Source: Felis catus (lineage: Eukaryota). From it: a stretch of 64,000 bases of DNA. Under the pieces are notes generated by a model. That model had not been told where the DNA came from. It ran no database searches and saw nothing but the letters and a program-made list of their open reading frames with translations. Within the stretch, counting starts at the first letter, position 1; each line of letters begins with the position of its first letter. The position numbers and the translations under genes were made by a program. Below are positions 37,121 through 50,521 of the stretch, in pieces. The DNA lies in NCBI RefSeq assembly GCF_018350175.1, contig NC_058368.1, positions 82,090,001 through 82,154,000 on the forward strand, written 5' to 3'.

Positions 37121-39094
37121 CTGGAACACAAAGGGAATTTGTTTAAAAAACCAGCAACAGGTGTTCAGCTCAGTGGCCCCCCCCATACCCCCGCTACTGC
37201 CCCAAGGGAAGGGCTTGCACGGCCCCTTCTCCTGCGGCCCCGAGCTGTAGCTGAGGGGTCCTGTGGCAGCTCCGAGGCCAGTCAGGGCCCTCGGTGAGTG
37301 GCCGGAGTGTGGGAAGCCAGTGGAGCCTCAGACTGTTGTCTGCTGAGAACGGGCTTCGCACTGAGAAAGACGTCCCCCGGGGGTTAGTATATGCGATCAC
37401 ATCTCTCCTGCATACTAATAATTTAACGATCACTTCTACAGTTACTGCTGAGAAATTCACGGTTTACAAACGAGGCCAGATGTGAGGCTGGCAGTAAAAA
37501 GGTTTTGTTTTGTTTTGAAGAAATTAGAGGAATTCTTCCACAGGTACGTGTTATGCAGCACCTAGGCCAGGGCAGAGTGTTTACGGTCCTGAAGGGGGAA
37601 TCAGTCAAGTCCTGTGAGCCCTGCTTACTCTCCAGAAAATTCTAGATGTTCTTGTGCAGGACTCTCTCTAGAGGGCGCATGGGCTGCAGGTACCGCGCTT
37701 CAGGGAAGAAACCCGTCCGTGTTCAACTTTGCAGAGATTGCTGGGGAAGGTCCCCGCGCCGGCCGCCTCCCCAGCAGCTCCCGTCAGGGCCACGACGCAC
37801 AGTGCTTCCCTCGGGTGGCTTGCGGTACCGGCAGCCACTCGGCCTCCTGGGGTGCTTTAGAAACATTCGCACTGACTGAGCACCTACTGTGTGACCACCA
37901 GCGTGCGTGATGCCTGTCAGAACCAGACGGCGCCGAAAGCGTCACGTGGAGGGAAGGCAGCCAGACAGCAACACGCGGACTCGCTGGTGTACCTGACACA
38001 TGCAGACAAGGCAAACCCGGATGGAAAGCAGACCGGTGGCTGCTGGGTGGGGGAGGGGCGGGCACTGGGTCCCTCGGGGGTGATGGCCGCATCACCAGAC
38101 CTTGAGCCGCCCATGCGCTAACAGGGAACAGAAAACCCCGTGTCACCCAGGAGGAGCCACCAGCAGCCGCAGCCCAGACGGGGTAGGGGGGGCCTCGTCC
38201 AAATCCCAGGCTCACGACCCTGCCCTCTGCCCTCTCTGGACGAGGCGTTGTGTCATGTGGGACGGGCTCCAAAGAGTTAGCTGCAGGCTTCTGACGGTCC
38301 CCAGCCGGTCACCACCTCTGTTGAGGCTGCTGAGCATGGCCAGTCCACCCGTCTGCCCGCCACTCAGCGTGTGTAGCCCTGGCGACTGGTCATCCTGTGG
38401 CCTGGAGTCCAGCTAGACTAGGACCCCTCATTCCCCGTGCCCTAGGGCAGAGGCCCTGGCCTCTCCGCGCCTCTACCCAGGCAGCTCCCAAAGCCACCCC
38501 GCTCCACGCTCCCACGTCCCCGCAGTGGGAGAAAGCCTAGTGGTGCACTCTGGCCAGCGTCCTGATTTCAGGGCAGTCTGCCGTCAGATCACCCGATTGT
38601 CCCCTGATGGCAGAGCCGGGGGCTTGCTACCTCCCGGGAGGTCGGGGGGAACAACCGGGCCACCTGCCTGCACTGATGGCTGGTTCAGGTGCCGAGCAGA
38701 ACCTGAAATCGGCCTCCCCCGGCCTCCGCAGAAGGCCTGTCGGTACGGCTCCTGCTCTGTTCGCTCAGCACACCAAAGTCATCTACACAGCCTGCACGAG
38801 GTCCAGGACCCAGCACGGAGGCCCTGGCATCAGGGAGCTGCCCTTTGGGGCAGGACACACAACAGACACACGCGACCCCACTGGGGCCACAGAGAGCCAT
38901 CTGGGACCAAAGATGCTGGCTACAGGGGAAGGGGTCAGATGGGTCTGCATTCCGACCCAGTGAACCTGGACCAGCCCGATGGGGGTCCCAGCAGGAGGGA
39001 GGCGAGGCCCAGAGGGGACACGGGGACAGGCAGGCTGGGGACGCCAGCACGCCTGGCCAGGCCGCTGCACCGGGAGCAGAGCCCCGACACTCAC

Positions 39095-39280
39095 CTGCAT
39101 GAAGGTGTGGCACTCGGTCACAAAGCTGCCTCTGGTGATCTCCTTGAACCGCTCGCAGGTGTCCGCCACACTGCTGGCTTCCAAAATAAAGGCCTGGTGG
39201 TGCTTGATCAGGGTCAGGGCCACCCGGAAGAGAATCTTCGAGCCTTCGCTGAACAGACAGTCCCAGATCCGGAGCACCGT
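39095..39280 (-). CDS. GRTP1: GRTP1 exon 7 (TVLRIWDCLFSEGSKILFRVAL...ECHTFMQ)
   Basis: ccgcag acceptor, gtgagt donor; TBC-domain RIWD motif. Confidence 0.96.
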
Positions 39281-39356
39281 CTGCGGACAGAAATGGCGCG
39301 TCACCGGCTGGGGGCTCACATGGCCCTGGTCCCCACGAGGCATATGCCGCGCTCAC

Positions 39357-39529
39357 CTCCACGGGCAGGACGTCCACGAACAGGCAGATGAACCAGCGTG
39401 ACACGACCAGGGTCCACAGGACGCCGTGCCTGTCCATCAGGGCCGCCACCGCTGGCAGCTTGGTCCTCACCAGCTCCCCCAGGACCTCCTGGTCTGTCTT
39501 CAGGCCCAGCATGGCAGGGCTGTAGTAAT
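39357..39529 (-). CDS. GRTP1: GRTP1 exon 6 (DYYSPAMLGLKTDQEVLGE...WFICLFVDVLPVE)
   Basis: ggcag acceptor, gtgagc donor; followed by a 76-nt intron. Confidence 0.96.
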
Positions 39530-41949
39530 CTGCCACACGAGGAGAACAGGGCTGTGGCTGAGCGCCCTTCCCAGCAGATGAGAGGGCGGCTCCCAAAGCA
39601 AGGCCGCGCGTGCACCGGTGAGAATCCGCTGGTGGGAAGCGTTTGCACGGCTGCGCTCATGGCGCCGAGAGGGGGGACACAAGCAAGTGTCCACTCGGGC
39701 AAAGGGACAAAAGTGTGCAGTGTATGCGGGCAGAACTGTCCTCAGCCCCACAAGCAAGGGTGAGCCCCCAGGACGAGGTGCGCGGACCAAAGCCAGATGC
39801 TGGACCGGTGTGGCTGAGATCCCTGCAGCCACCACACCCACAGACAGGACGTAGGACCGTGGGCCCCAGGGCTGGGGGTGCGGAGCTTCGGTCTGGGAAG
39901 ATGAGAAAGCTCTGGGGACGGGCTCGTCAGTGTGAGCACACTGGTGCCCTCACTGAGGGCCGGCCGGCAGCATGGACACACCATCTGGCTAAGCAGGGGC
40001 CGCGGGACACAGGAGCAGGTGCGGGGACAGTGCTGACAGTGACCACAGGACGGGGCCCTTGCTTTTGGAATCAGTCCCGCGTCCTCTCCCCACACTGGAG
40101 GGTCAAGTTCCTGGCATTCTAGAAGGGGCTGGACATTCCCACCCCTCTGCAGGAGGACAGAGGCAGCCAGAGGCCTGGGCTGTCCTGTTCATCACAATGA
40201 GACCCGATAGCTTAAGTTGGAGAAATGCCTTAACCAAGTTCGTGGCCTGGGGGCCCCAGACCATAGGAGCACAGAAAGCACAGCCCACCAAGGTGACTTC
40301 ACGGCCGCTCCACTCCTCCCGCCCACAGGCCTGGGCACCGGCTGGCAGCTGGCGGTCCCCACTGGCTGGGACCACGCACTTGGACAGACAGCACGACGCT
40401 GCCCGTAGTGTGTCTTCTCCGAACGCATGTGTCCTCCCAGAGAACTTTTTTGCTCATTAAAGGCACATATCATAGACTTTAATGCTTAGTTTTTGCTGTT
40501 AAAGTGGTCTCTCAAAAATGAATAAAACGTTAAAAAATTTAAAAACAGAACACCAAGGATTTTACAAGTTTTTCCTGCTCATATCCTCATTTTGCATCTA
40601 TCATCTCTTCTTAAATTGAGCAACATCCTGGCCCCCCCAGGAGATGGAGCAAAGAGCCTCTGCAGTCCGTTCAGAGTGTCCTGCAAGCGACCCAGTTCTC
40701 CAAGTGACGCCCTGGGGCAGCCGGGGTTAAGCCTTCAGGCGGTAAGAGGGTTTGCTGAGCTCCCAGCAAGGTGGCCTCACTCCTGGCCCCAGAGAGGCTT
40801 ACAGCACCTTCCAAAAATAGACCCGACCAGCTCACACCCTGACTGCCCTGGGGCCTGGGGGTCACCAGGGCAGGAACCCCGAGACCTGACCTCCTCACCC
40901 TCCTGGCCGCGTCCGGCCCTGACGCCGAAGGCAGATGGAGCCCGGAGCCCGGGGCCCGCTCCTCTGGGCCGTCTGAGCAGAAGCACACCTCTGGGCCAGC
41001 ATTCAGCTAAGCACAGGACGAGGAGCCTCCTCAGTAGGCCTGGCGGGGGCCTCGCCTCGGGGACTGCAACCTCCTGCAAACAGCGCCCTGGCCACGTCAG
41101 CACATTGGAGGGCTGAGCCGGGCTGGGGCACAGATTTAGAACCAGCCCATCTTACTGCTGCCAGAGCTGGGATCCAAGGGGGTGCCATCTAATTCCAAAA
41201 CCGATGCTCTCCAGCCCCCCGAAGGCAAAAGCACGCCCCACGGGCTCAGGGCACAGGCTGTGAGATACGGCCCGCAGGTAGGGTGACCCCCTGGGTCAAG
41301 GTCGTCAAGAGGACACGGGAGACACACGGCAGCTCCAGTGGTGTTCACACCTTCGCTCTGCTTCCCAGGGCCCCTGAGTCTCCCCGACGGAAGGTGCCTT
41401 GGTCCTCCCTTGGACCACCTTCTGTCTTGAGCTGTGTTCGGAGGGGAAACAGGTCACACCAGCTTGTCGGGACGCCAGGGTGTTAATTCACTGGGCTCTG
41501 CTCGATGCGACATCCCAGACGGCGCTCCCACTCCGTTCCTGAAGCCCGATGGCACCGTCAGCCGGGACCTCACCGGCATCTCTGCAGGCCCAGGAGGCCT
41601 GTTCCCTCGTCCTTTCCCTGGATGCCTTGGTCCGAATGGTGACTGCTCAGGACAGCGGCCTGACCCGAGAGAGGCCGCCCGGCAGGCTGGGTGGAGGAAG
41701 GGCGGGGTCTTCATGTGGAGGCCAAGTTCAGGGCGTGCACACACCGTGTACTGGTGCTCCAGAACACGACTTCCCTCCCACGTCAGCTGTTCTGAAACAG
41801 TGGCGGCTCTGCTGGCCTAGTCACAGGTGTCCCTGCACCTTCTGGCTCGTGGGAGACCTCAGCCGGTCTTCCCAACTCTCAGCCACACAGGCCTCCTATT
41901 ATTTCCTACTGAGCCGCTCCTACCCAGAGCAGTAGGGACCCTTCACGCG

Positions 41950-42760
41950 TGCGCTGCGTGATCACAGACACCACCTCTTTTCTGCTTTCCTTGCAAGGTC
42001 TTATCTCAAAGTCAGTTTTTAATTTTAACGTAATGAAAATTATCAATCTTGTCTCTTCTATTTTTGGAATTTTGTTCAAGACCTACCTCCCTCCTCAGCA
42101 ATCACGAGGCTGTTCTCACCTCATTTTCTGAGTGTCAAAGTTCCGCTTTTTCACGTGTCTTGAATCCACCTGGAGTAGGAATAGGGTTTTCCATGTACAC
42201 AGGTGTCACAGAGGATGTTGCAAACGGCCATCTTTCCCTACTGATCGACATACCTCAAGCCCCAAGTCCCCCAGATTCATAGGTCGGAAGACCAATCGAT
42301 TTCTGCGCTCTCGCCTCTGGTCTCCATACCGTTGCCTTGTAATGGCAGGACAGGACATTCAATCTCCAATATTCCCTCAGGCCTCCCTGGTTCCCTAGAT
42401 AAACCCTCCTCAGATAAAAGAACCACTGAGGTCCAAGCGGCTGATGTCACCGCAAGTGTGATTTGCGCATGTGAGAGCTTCTATGACATCTGTCTGTGTG
42501 ACAGCCGCATGGCGCGAGCCCCACAATGTGAGCGGATGAGTGTGTCCTTTTCTGTTTTCTGAAAGATTTGTAAAGCGCGCAGAAATTCTCCACACCTTCA
42601 AGGTTCGATGACAGTATTGCCATTTCAGACGGTCCACTTTCTCCTAAATCAGCTTTGTTAGGCAGTATTTTTCTCAAAATTTTCCACTTGGCCTCTTTGT
42701 CTTACTTGTATTCTCTTGAGATTCTTAAAAACCTCTGAAGATTTTCAAATTCCAGCACCC
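41950..42760 (-). mobile_element. Old L1 fragments in GRTP1 intron 5
   Basis: T-rich antisense L1-like segments (TTTTTAATTTTAACGTAATGAAAATTATCAATC); boundaries approximate. Confidence 0.4.
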
Positions 42761-44330
42761 TTTCCATTTCCACGTATCCGTCCTGCCAGGCTCTGTCTGT
42801 TGTGTTGGTTTTTCCAGAGAACCAGCCTTCGTCTCGGCTCGTCTTTCTGACTGCTTCTGTTCCGACTTACCAGTCCTGGAAGCCTGTGCCGCGGGGAGGC
42901 CGGCACGGCTCAGCGTGTGTGACCAGCGTGCCACCTCCCAGGCCCCCTGCTTCTGTGTGACGAGGAAAGAAACTAGGGAGCAGGATGCTGGTGCCGGGCC
43001 AGCCTGCTTCCAGTGACCCACAGCAGTGCCTCTGCCCCCTCAGTCCTGACTGCAGTGTCGTCCAACGGGACGTCGCGAGGACGGGAAAGGACATTTCAGG
43101 GGCTAACACACAAGCCTGTGCAGTCACCTGCCCTTCAGGGCCAGCCCAGAGCCCCTCTGTGACAATTTCAGGCTGTGCTGTGGCTGCTACTGCCCCCTCC
43201 CACCTGTGTCTTCATTCGCTGAAACTTCCCAAGCCCCAGAGCAACCCGGGGATGTGACAGGTCTCAGTGAGTATTTGTGGGAAGGAGCTGACTTGGTCAC
43301 AGTACAAATACACATCGTGATTCAGTCTCCAGACGCAGCTCAGCCATCGCTCCATCTGGAAGGTCCCCTGACCAACCCCCCGCCCCGCCACTTCCTCGCC
43401 ATTTCCCTGCACCTGCCGCTCAGGCCTCCCCAGGCCTGACAGTGAGATGTCACGCACATGGGGACGGTCTATCCCTTGAAGGCGGCCTATCCAGGAGGGC
43501 TGCTGGCGTGTCCACTCTGTGCCATGGCGAACAGTGGCACTGGAGCGTGAGGAGGCCCCATTCCGTAATGGTGCCACTCTGATTCACTCTGGTTCACTCT
43601 TCCGTGAGGCACGTGCCAACATCTGACGGCCACGGGATCTAAGGCTCGAGGGTCCTCATCTGTAAAATGGATCAGTAGTTGGGCCCATGTGGTACTGCTG
43701 TGCTGAGGCGAGGCTCGGGACACGGAAACATGCTGTATGCTCCCAGGCAGAAATCACAGCTGACTCCTGCCGTGGTCACTGCGGGGTGCCCGGAGCTGGG
43801 GCCAGCTCTCCAGGGTGGTGAGGGCGGTTCCAGCCCGACTTGAGGGCACGCATGCTGGAGGGGAGAACCAGGGCTCACCCGTCCAGTGGTCACGAGAACT
43901 CCCTGGGCCGCACATGCCCTGTGTAGCTATGCCCGCCTCAGGCCAAGCACGAGGCTGGGTCTGGTCACCACCGTCGCGGCTGTGGAGGGCACAGGTCTTC
44001 TCCCACCCAAGACGGCTCTGGCCACTTCTCTTCCCAAAGTGATCAGGGTCCACACTGCATTACCAAAACCGGTGCTATTTATTAATCAATGAATTGGAAA
44101 GAATGACTCTCATCCCAATAACAGTTACAGCTGACGACTCACTCTTAGGACTGTTCTGAACTCTACAGGAAGCCGAGTGGACCTCTCACTGATTCTGGGC
44201 CCTGCGAGCCTCCACACAACGGGGCAGCCTGGGGACCAAGCCCAGCACCCGACACAGACAGTTCACGCTAAATTACAGAGCAGAGAGAGTGCAACCAGGG
44301 CCCAAACGGTCACAGGCGTGTTCAACCCAC

Positions 44331-44427
44331 CAGGCAGTATTCTTCCCACGAGCGCGTCTAACAGCCAAAAGGATTTCTCTTCACTCTTGGTTATGAGGAC
44401 CAGGTAGCCTGCTATGAAGTTCATTCC
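44331..44427 (-). CDS. GRTP1: GRTP1 exon 5 (GMNFIAGYLVLITKSEEKSFWLLDALVGRILP)
   Basis: tttcag acceptor, gtgggt donor; completes YCQGMN; absent from the ORF track. Confidence 0.95.
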
Positions 44428-44634
44428 CTGAAACAAGAAAATGGGTCCTGAGCCACCTCAAGCCACCTTCGGTGGCTATGACGCACTGCTCGTCCCTTGC
44501 TGTCCCCAAAACCACGCAATTCCAGAACGACCTTCTGGTGCAAGATCGAGATCTGCCCTCCAAGTGACACACACGCACAAGAAGGCAGAAACACAAATCT
44601 GTGTGAAGAAGCTGTCGGGGTCACGGCCCTGGAG

Positions 44635-45237
44635 TCCACACTCAGACCCTCCTGGGGCTTCGGCCCCCCGACCACACCACTTGGGCCCTTGGGCCTCTCA
44701 CCCCCCACCCCGCCCAACCACACAACTCAGACCCCCCCCCGGGCCTCACCCACCCCAACCCCCGACCAACCACACCACTCAGACCCCCTTCAGGCCTCAG
44801 CCCCCCCCACCCCTGACCACACCACTCGGTCCCCCCTTGGGCCTCGCACCCCCCACCGCCCCACCCTGACCACACCACTCAGACCCCCTCAGGTCTCAGC
44901 CCCCCGCCCTGACCACACCACTCGGACACCCCTCTGGCCTTGCACCCCCCACCCCCCACCCTGACCACACCACTCAGATCCCCCTCGGGCCTCGCCCACC
45001 CCACCCCACCCCCGACCACACCACTCGGACCCCCCTTGGACCTCATCCCCCCCAACCCCCTGACCACACCACTCGGACCCCCACCTCGGGCCTCACAACC
45101 CCACCCCCCGACCGCACAACTCAGAACCCCCTCAGGCCTTGCCCACCCCACCCCACCCCACCCCAACCACACCACTCAGACCCCCTCAGGCTTCCCCCCA
45201 CCCCTCCCCACCGAGACCACACCACTCAGACCCTCCT
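44635..45237. repeat. C-rich (+) / G-rich (-) minisatellite, unit about 50 bp, 12 copies
   Basis: Core ACCACACCACTC(A/G)G or close variants at 44671, 44717, 44769, 44816, 44869, 44912, 44964, 45015, 45063, 45111, 45166, 45216. Confidence 0.95.
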
Positions 45238-46704
45238 TCAGCCCGGACGACACCTACATCCAGCCTCTAAAGCAGGTGTTCCAACAGACATGAGTGCTCA
45301 AGTCTGCATCGGAGCAGATGCCAAGCCAACAGTGTATTTTGTAAAACCACGAGAGCGTGGCGGGACGCGCAGGGCTGCAGACAGTTTCTATGAGGGAGAC
45401 CGCCAGGGAGGCTCAGGGCACTTGCGAGCTGCAGGCGCAGGGCTCACCCACAGCAGGCCAGCATCTGCGTGACTGCACTCCAGACGACTTCCACTTCCTT
45501 CCTTGTTCCCAATGCTTTCTAAAATGTGCCCTCCTCTATTAACAGGGGGAAAATCCAGCCTCTGTCACCCAGTGTCACGCACGCCACCCAGGGAGAGGCC
45601 ACGTGAAGAGGCAGGCACACACCAGGGCTCTCCAGAGACCACGAGCGGCTGGGGCCTGGACAGACCACCCCTCAGCCGCAGGGGCACCAGCTTGCCCACA
45701 CCCCGCCTCCGACCACGGAGAACAGACTCCCATTCCTGACACTCAGCTTGCAGACCTTGTCCCCGCGGCTGCGTGTGCACAGATACGGACCATGAGCTGC
45801 ACATCACGCTCACGCTTAAAGTTGTAAGGGTTGTTTTAACGCTGTTTTTAAAACCTACAAGAACAGCGAGTGGAATAACATAAAGACGGTTTCTTGGCTG
45901 CCCAGCCTCCCCGGCTCCCACAGGCCGGTCCTCGTCCAGGACGGCCAGTTACCCATCCTGACTTCCTCCCCTGGCACCGCGGGCAGGCTCCAGGGCACTG
46001 AGAAAACAGTCTGTCTGGCCTGCGCCTTTGCTGCTGTCTTTGCAAGATGCTCTGCCCCTCCCGTCGCTGCAGCCACGGCCCCCCAGCCCAGCCGCCGAGC
46101 CCCTGGAGCCTCGCCTGAGAAGGTGGGCTACAAAGTCCCCACGCAGATCCCAGCACCCTTGGGAAGCCCTAGAAGCAGGAGCACCAAAGTGGGAAGCAGA
46201 ACTCCAGGCACCCAAGCAGCCAGCACACTGGCAGGCCTCCAGCCCCTCAGGCCCACACAGGACGTCCCGCGTCCCCTGCAGGCTCGCCAATGGCACTTCT
46301 GTGGCTCCACACGTGGGCCTTTGTCTTTCCCTCCCCGACACCCCAGACAGTGCATGTCCTCGCAAGGTGACAGGAACTGGCAGGTGAGGATGCAGGCTGT
46401 CCCCTTCGTCGCAGGGGAAGATCTGACTCCCAGAAATAGCATGGGAGGAACGCCCCACACACGCCCTGCACTGAGCCCAGCAGGTGCTAGTCACTCATTC
46501 AGTACCTACAGCCCTGGGGCCACTTAAGTGACCTCCTACCTTCCCAGCCCCCCCCTTCTGACGTCAAAGTAAGTCACTAAGCATATGTTTCACCACTTTT
46601 CCACCTGGGGAATGTGTCAAAGTCACAGGCACCATGACTAGGGAGCCCGTGAACAGGGTTAGTGCATCCTTGCTGGCCGCTGTCACCTTCCCTTGGGGGC
46701 TCAC

Positions 46705-46829
46705 CTGGCAGTACCCCACACCTTGGTTGTGGCGCCCATAGGCCACCAGCACGTTGTACAGGGTCTTTTGTAAACAGGGATCCGCGCTCTTCCGGAATTT
46801 CACGTTGTCCGGGAAGGTCCTGTTCATAT
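46705..46829 (-). CDS. GRTP1: GRTP1 exon 4 (DMNRTFPDNVKFRK...GVGYCQ) with the TBC Arg and Gln fingers
   Basis: ctgcag acceptor, gtgagc donor; IxxDxxR and YxQ motifs. Confidence 0.96.
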
Positions 46830-49031
46830 CTGCAGGGAAATTCACAACACAGGATTACCCAAGACCGGCCTGTGATGTAACCCTCATGTCTACCACAGGG
46901 GGCACCCCGAACCCCACCTGGCAGATGTGAGCAAAGGTTTCGACCCTGGTCGCCCTTTGTGGACAAGCCCCTGCCACGTCCACGGTTGAGGCCACAGCAA
47001 AGGGAGTCAGGACTGAAGAGGAGGGTATCCCGCCTCTCCTCACAGCCCCTGCCATGCAGCCTGTCTGCACCCCCCTCCCAACACCCCCCACCCCAGCCAG
47101 GGGGTTGTTTAACTCTAGGACCACAGGCAACACAAAACTGGAAAATCTTTCCAGTTGTGGAAAGGCAGAACACCCCGAGAATCCCTCAGAGACAAACGGC
47201 AAAACTGGACACTGAGAAGTGGATAAACTGTCTGCTCATCAGAACCTGCGTCCTCCTCACCGGCGCTGTGGGAACCTCCCGCGGACCTGACCCTGATTCT
47301 GTGAGCTAGCCCACACACGGGCAGAAGGGGGGAGGTGTGGGTGCATGACACAAGTACTTCTTTTTTCTGACCTAGTGACCCCACTTGGATTAGATTAGTG
47401 GTGTGTCTGCCGCTGGGCTATGGCTGATGACTGGAACGGACCCACTGTGCAGGCCCCTCGGCCCCCACACAGCTTTCGGGCAGCGCTCCTGGGCCTCCCT
47501 CTGGTCTCCGAGCCGCACCTCTGCTTATAAAAGAACTGACCTAAGCAGAACAGGAAGTATTAGTGCCTCAAAGGACATTATTTGCCATTGTGTGTTTGTT
47601 TACAAAAACGTTTTTTTCTTGGAATTCTAAATATCCCAAAAACTTAGAATCCACCAGGAGTTTAGTGGTGTTTTGGTTTTGGTTTTCTTCTTTGTTTTTT
47701 TTACTAATTCAGACTCTGAGTGACCAGTCCCAAGCCCATTCTCATTCTTACCCTTGATTAGGAGATGTTTTGAAATTTTTCCCTGGGACAGCCCCTCCTT
47801 CCCACCTCAGAGGTGGGTGGGACAGGGACGTCCACTCTGCTCATGCACCCTATGAATGCTCCATTGCGCTGTCCCTGCAGAGCAATTTCTCCAGACCCCT
47901 CAAAAAAACAGACAGAACGACGATGGTCCAGCAGGTCCGCTGCTGGGCACACGCCAAGAGACTGGAAAGCAGGGACTCAGAGAAATCTCCGTGTAACCAT
48001 GCTCGTAACAGCAAACCCACAAAAGGAGAGGCAGCGACCCCAGCGCCCATCAGCGGAGGACAGAACAGACCAACAAAACAGGGTCTGTCCGCACAGCCAA
48101 CAGGACCCAGCCCTGAAAAGGAAGCATTCTGACGCCTGTTGCTGTGTGGATGTGCCTCCAGGGCCCCTCACCAGGGTAAGCGAGCCAGACACGACAGGAT
48201 GGTGGGCCGGGGGCTGGGGAGAGGTTGACACTCCATGGGGACAGGGTTTCGGTTTGGGAAGGTGGAACAGTAAATTCTATTATGCATGTTTTACCACAAT
48301 AAGACATTTTTATCCAAAAACACCGGCACTAAAACGGAGGCTTTCAGTTCATTTTTCAAACCAACAGCAACACTCTGTTTTCCTTGACACGCGTGGCCTC
48401 TGCGCAAGGGACCCCCTCCCCAGGCTGGGGACACTCCCCAGTCTCACCGCCAACAGGGAGTCCCACCTCTCAGCACACTCAATTAATTGGGCTTTAATTA
48501 TTTTATATTTAAGGGTGTATTTCTCAAAAGCAAAATCAGACGGTCAGTCACACTTCCTAAGAATCTAAATTATTCAGTTTATAAGGGTTAAACTGTTTTG
48601 AGCACTTGGAACATCTAAGAGCTCGTGAGCCTGTGTGGTCACTAAGAATGCCTGGGGCACCGTTGGCACCCAGAGCTCGACACCAGCCACACATCTCCGT
48701 GTGTGTCCCTAAGTCCCAGGGCGCTGCCATCAGCACAAAGCCCTCCCAGCGATTACCCTCCGGTCACGACTGCCGGCTCAGAGCCTGCAGCAAGGTCTTC
48801 TTGCAGAAACCGGCCCTGCCCTTGCCCCTGCCCTTGCCCCTGACCTTCCCAGCTGGCTGGCGTCTAGTGTTTGCCAAATCAGTGAAAAACACTGTTCTCC
48901 CCTCACGAATGTTCAAGGTTTGATTTTCCCATAAGAAAAATAAAATTCCAAATTAAAAGCAATGGGCAATCTGTAACAGCGCAAGTTCCCTCCTGGGGGC
49001 TGCGTGCCCCCCGCGCCCCCCCGCGACTCAC

Positions 49032-49190
49032 CTGTCCAGATGGCCTCCTCCAGCCTGCCGCTGCACTCTCCCTGCAGTAGCCGGTGGTAATAGCCGGGGT
49101 TCTGGTCCATCCGGGCCTGAGCTCCACTCACCCCCATCCAGACGTGGGCCCGGTGCTCCAGGGGGACACCTTTCCGGATATAGCGCTTCA
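49032..49190 (-). CDS. GRTP1: GRTP1 exon 3 (VKRYIRKGVPLEHRAHVWMGVSGA...EEAIWT)
   Basis: tttcag acceptor, gtgagt donor; TBC RKGVP..R..VW motif. Confidence 0.96.
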
Positions 49191-50068
49191 CTGAAATGGA
49201 AAGCAGGGGCTGCGGTCAGGGACAGACCAGCGTGGCCTGGGGTCAGAGCCTGGCAGAGCCTGAGAGCAAAGGGCGTGACCTCAATGCTTTCGCCTGGCTT
49301 CTCCCATGTCAAACATGAGAAGAGCAGAACTTTGCACATGCCCACCCGGATGGCTGTGTGCACTCCTTGCAGACCGTTCTCCTGCACGGGGCAGCCCCCA
49401 CCCCGCCCCCATCCTCCCTCACGGTCAGCACACCGTGCGGGGGCAGCGGGCCGGGCCCCTGGGGCCAGGATCAGTCACTGCAACCCAGGGCGGCCCCACA
49501 AGCTCCACACAGAGGAGATACCCGGAAGGCCGGAGGCACAGAAGCTGCACCAAGTGAGGGAACATAAGGCAGGAAGCAGAAGCGAGGGCCAGAGGGACAG
49601 CTGTGGGGAGGGACAGAGGCGCTGGTGCATGGTCCAGCCCTGGAGGTGACAAGGGACTGCAGGGTCCCAGGCTGGGAGCCTGTGTGACCCCCTGGCGGGG
49701 GGCTCAGCAGCCGGTGTTTGTGTCCTGTTCTGCACTTGACTTGTGTCAGTGGAGAGCTACTTCCTTTGGGAGGGATATTTTACTGAAAATAAATACATGA
49801 GAAAGGAATCATCGATTGTCTAGCGACCATAGAAACACGTAGGAAAAGAAGCCAAGAACCACAAGCTACCTCAGGTAACAACTTGCTCGCTCGTTTCCCA
49901 GGTAAACAGGAAAGATTTGTGAGACGATGTTCAAGCGAATTACAGGAAGCCAGGGGTGCAACACCATGCTTTTAATGACCTCAGTTTAACCCTCAAAACC
50001 GTTCATCGAAGGAAATACTCAAAGCTTTATTATTTTCCTTCCATATTACATTACAAATACCATTTTTA

Positions 50069-50279
50069 TTTTCTTTTTTAATGTTTATTTTATTTTTGAG
50101 ACAGAGACAGAGCAAGAGCGGAGGAGGGGCAGAGAGAAAGGGAGACACAGAATCCAAAGTAGGCTCCAGGCTCCGAGCTCTCGGCACAGAGCCCGACGCG
50201 GGGCTTGAACTCACAAACCCGGAGATCACGACCTGAGCTGAAGTCGAACGCTTAACCAATGGAGCCCCCCAGGCACCCC
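50069..50279 (-). mobile_element. CAN-SINE with target-site duplication
   Basis: AATACCATTTTTA at 50056-50068 and 50282-50294. Confidence 0.93.
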
Positions 50280-50311
50280 ACAATACCATTTTTAAAAAAA
50301 GAAATGCATTA

Positions 50312-50521
50312 GGGGTGCCTGGGTGGCTCAGTTGGTTGAGCATCCGACTTAAGCTCAGGTCATGATGTCACAGCTCGTGAGTTCCAGCCCTGCATCGGGC
50401 TCTGTGCCGACAGCTCGGAGCCTGGAGCCTACTTTGGATTCTGTGTCTTCCTCCCTCTCTCTCTCTACCCTCCTCTGCTCATACTCTGTCTCTGTCTCAA
50501 AAAATAAACAAACATTAAAAA
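50312..50521 (+). mobile_element. CAN-SINE with target-site duplication
   Basis: AAATGCATT at 50302-50310 and 50522-50530. Confidence 0.93.

Noticed and set aside
38525..39596. 288-aa (+) and 303-aa (-) ORFs
   Set aside because: Antisense shadow and intron read-through of GRTP1 exons 6-7; the 76-nt intron shifts the frame
44441..45293. Pro-rich and Gly-rich ORFs
   Set aside because: Translations of the minisatellite
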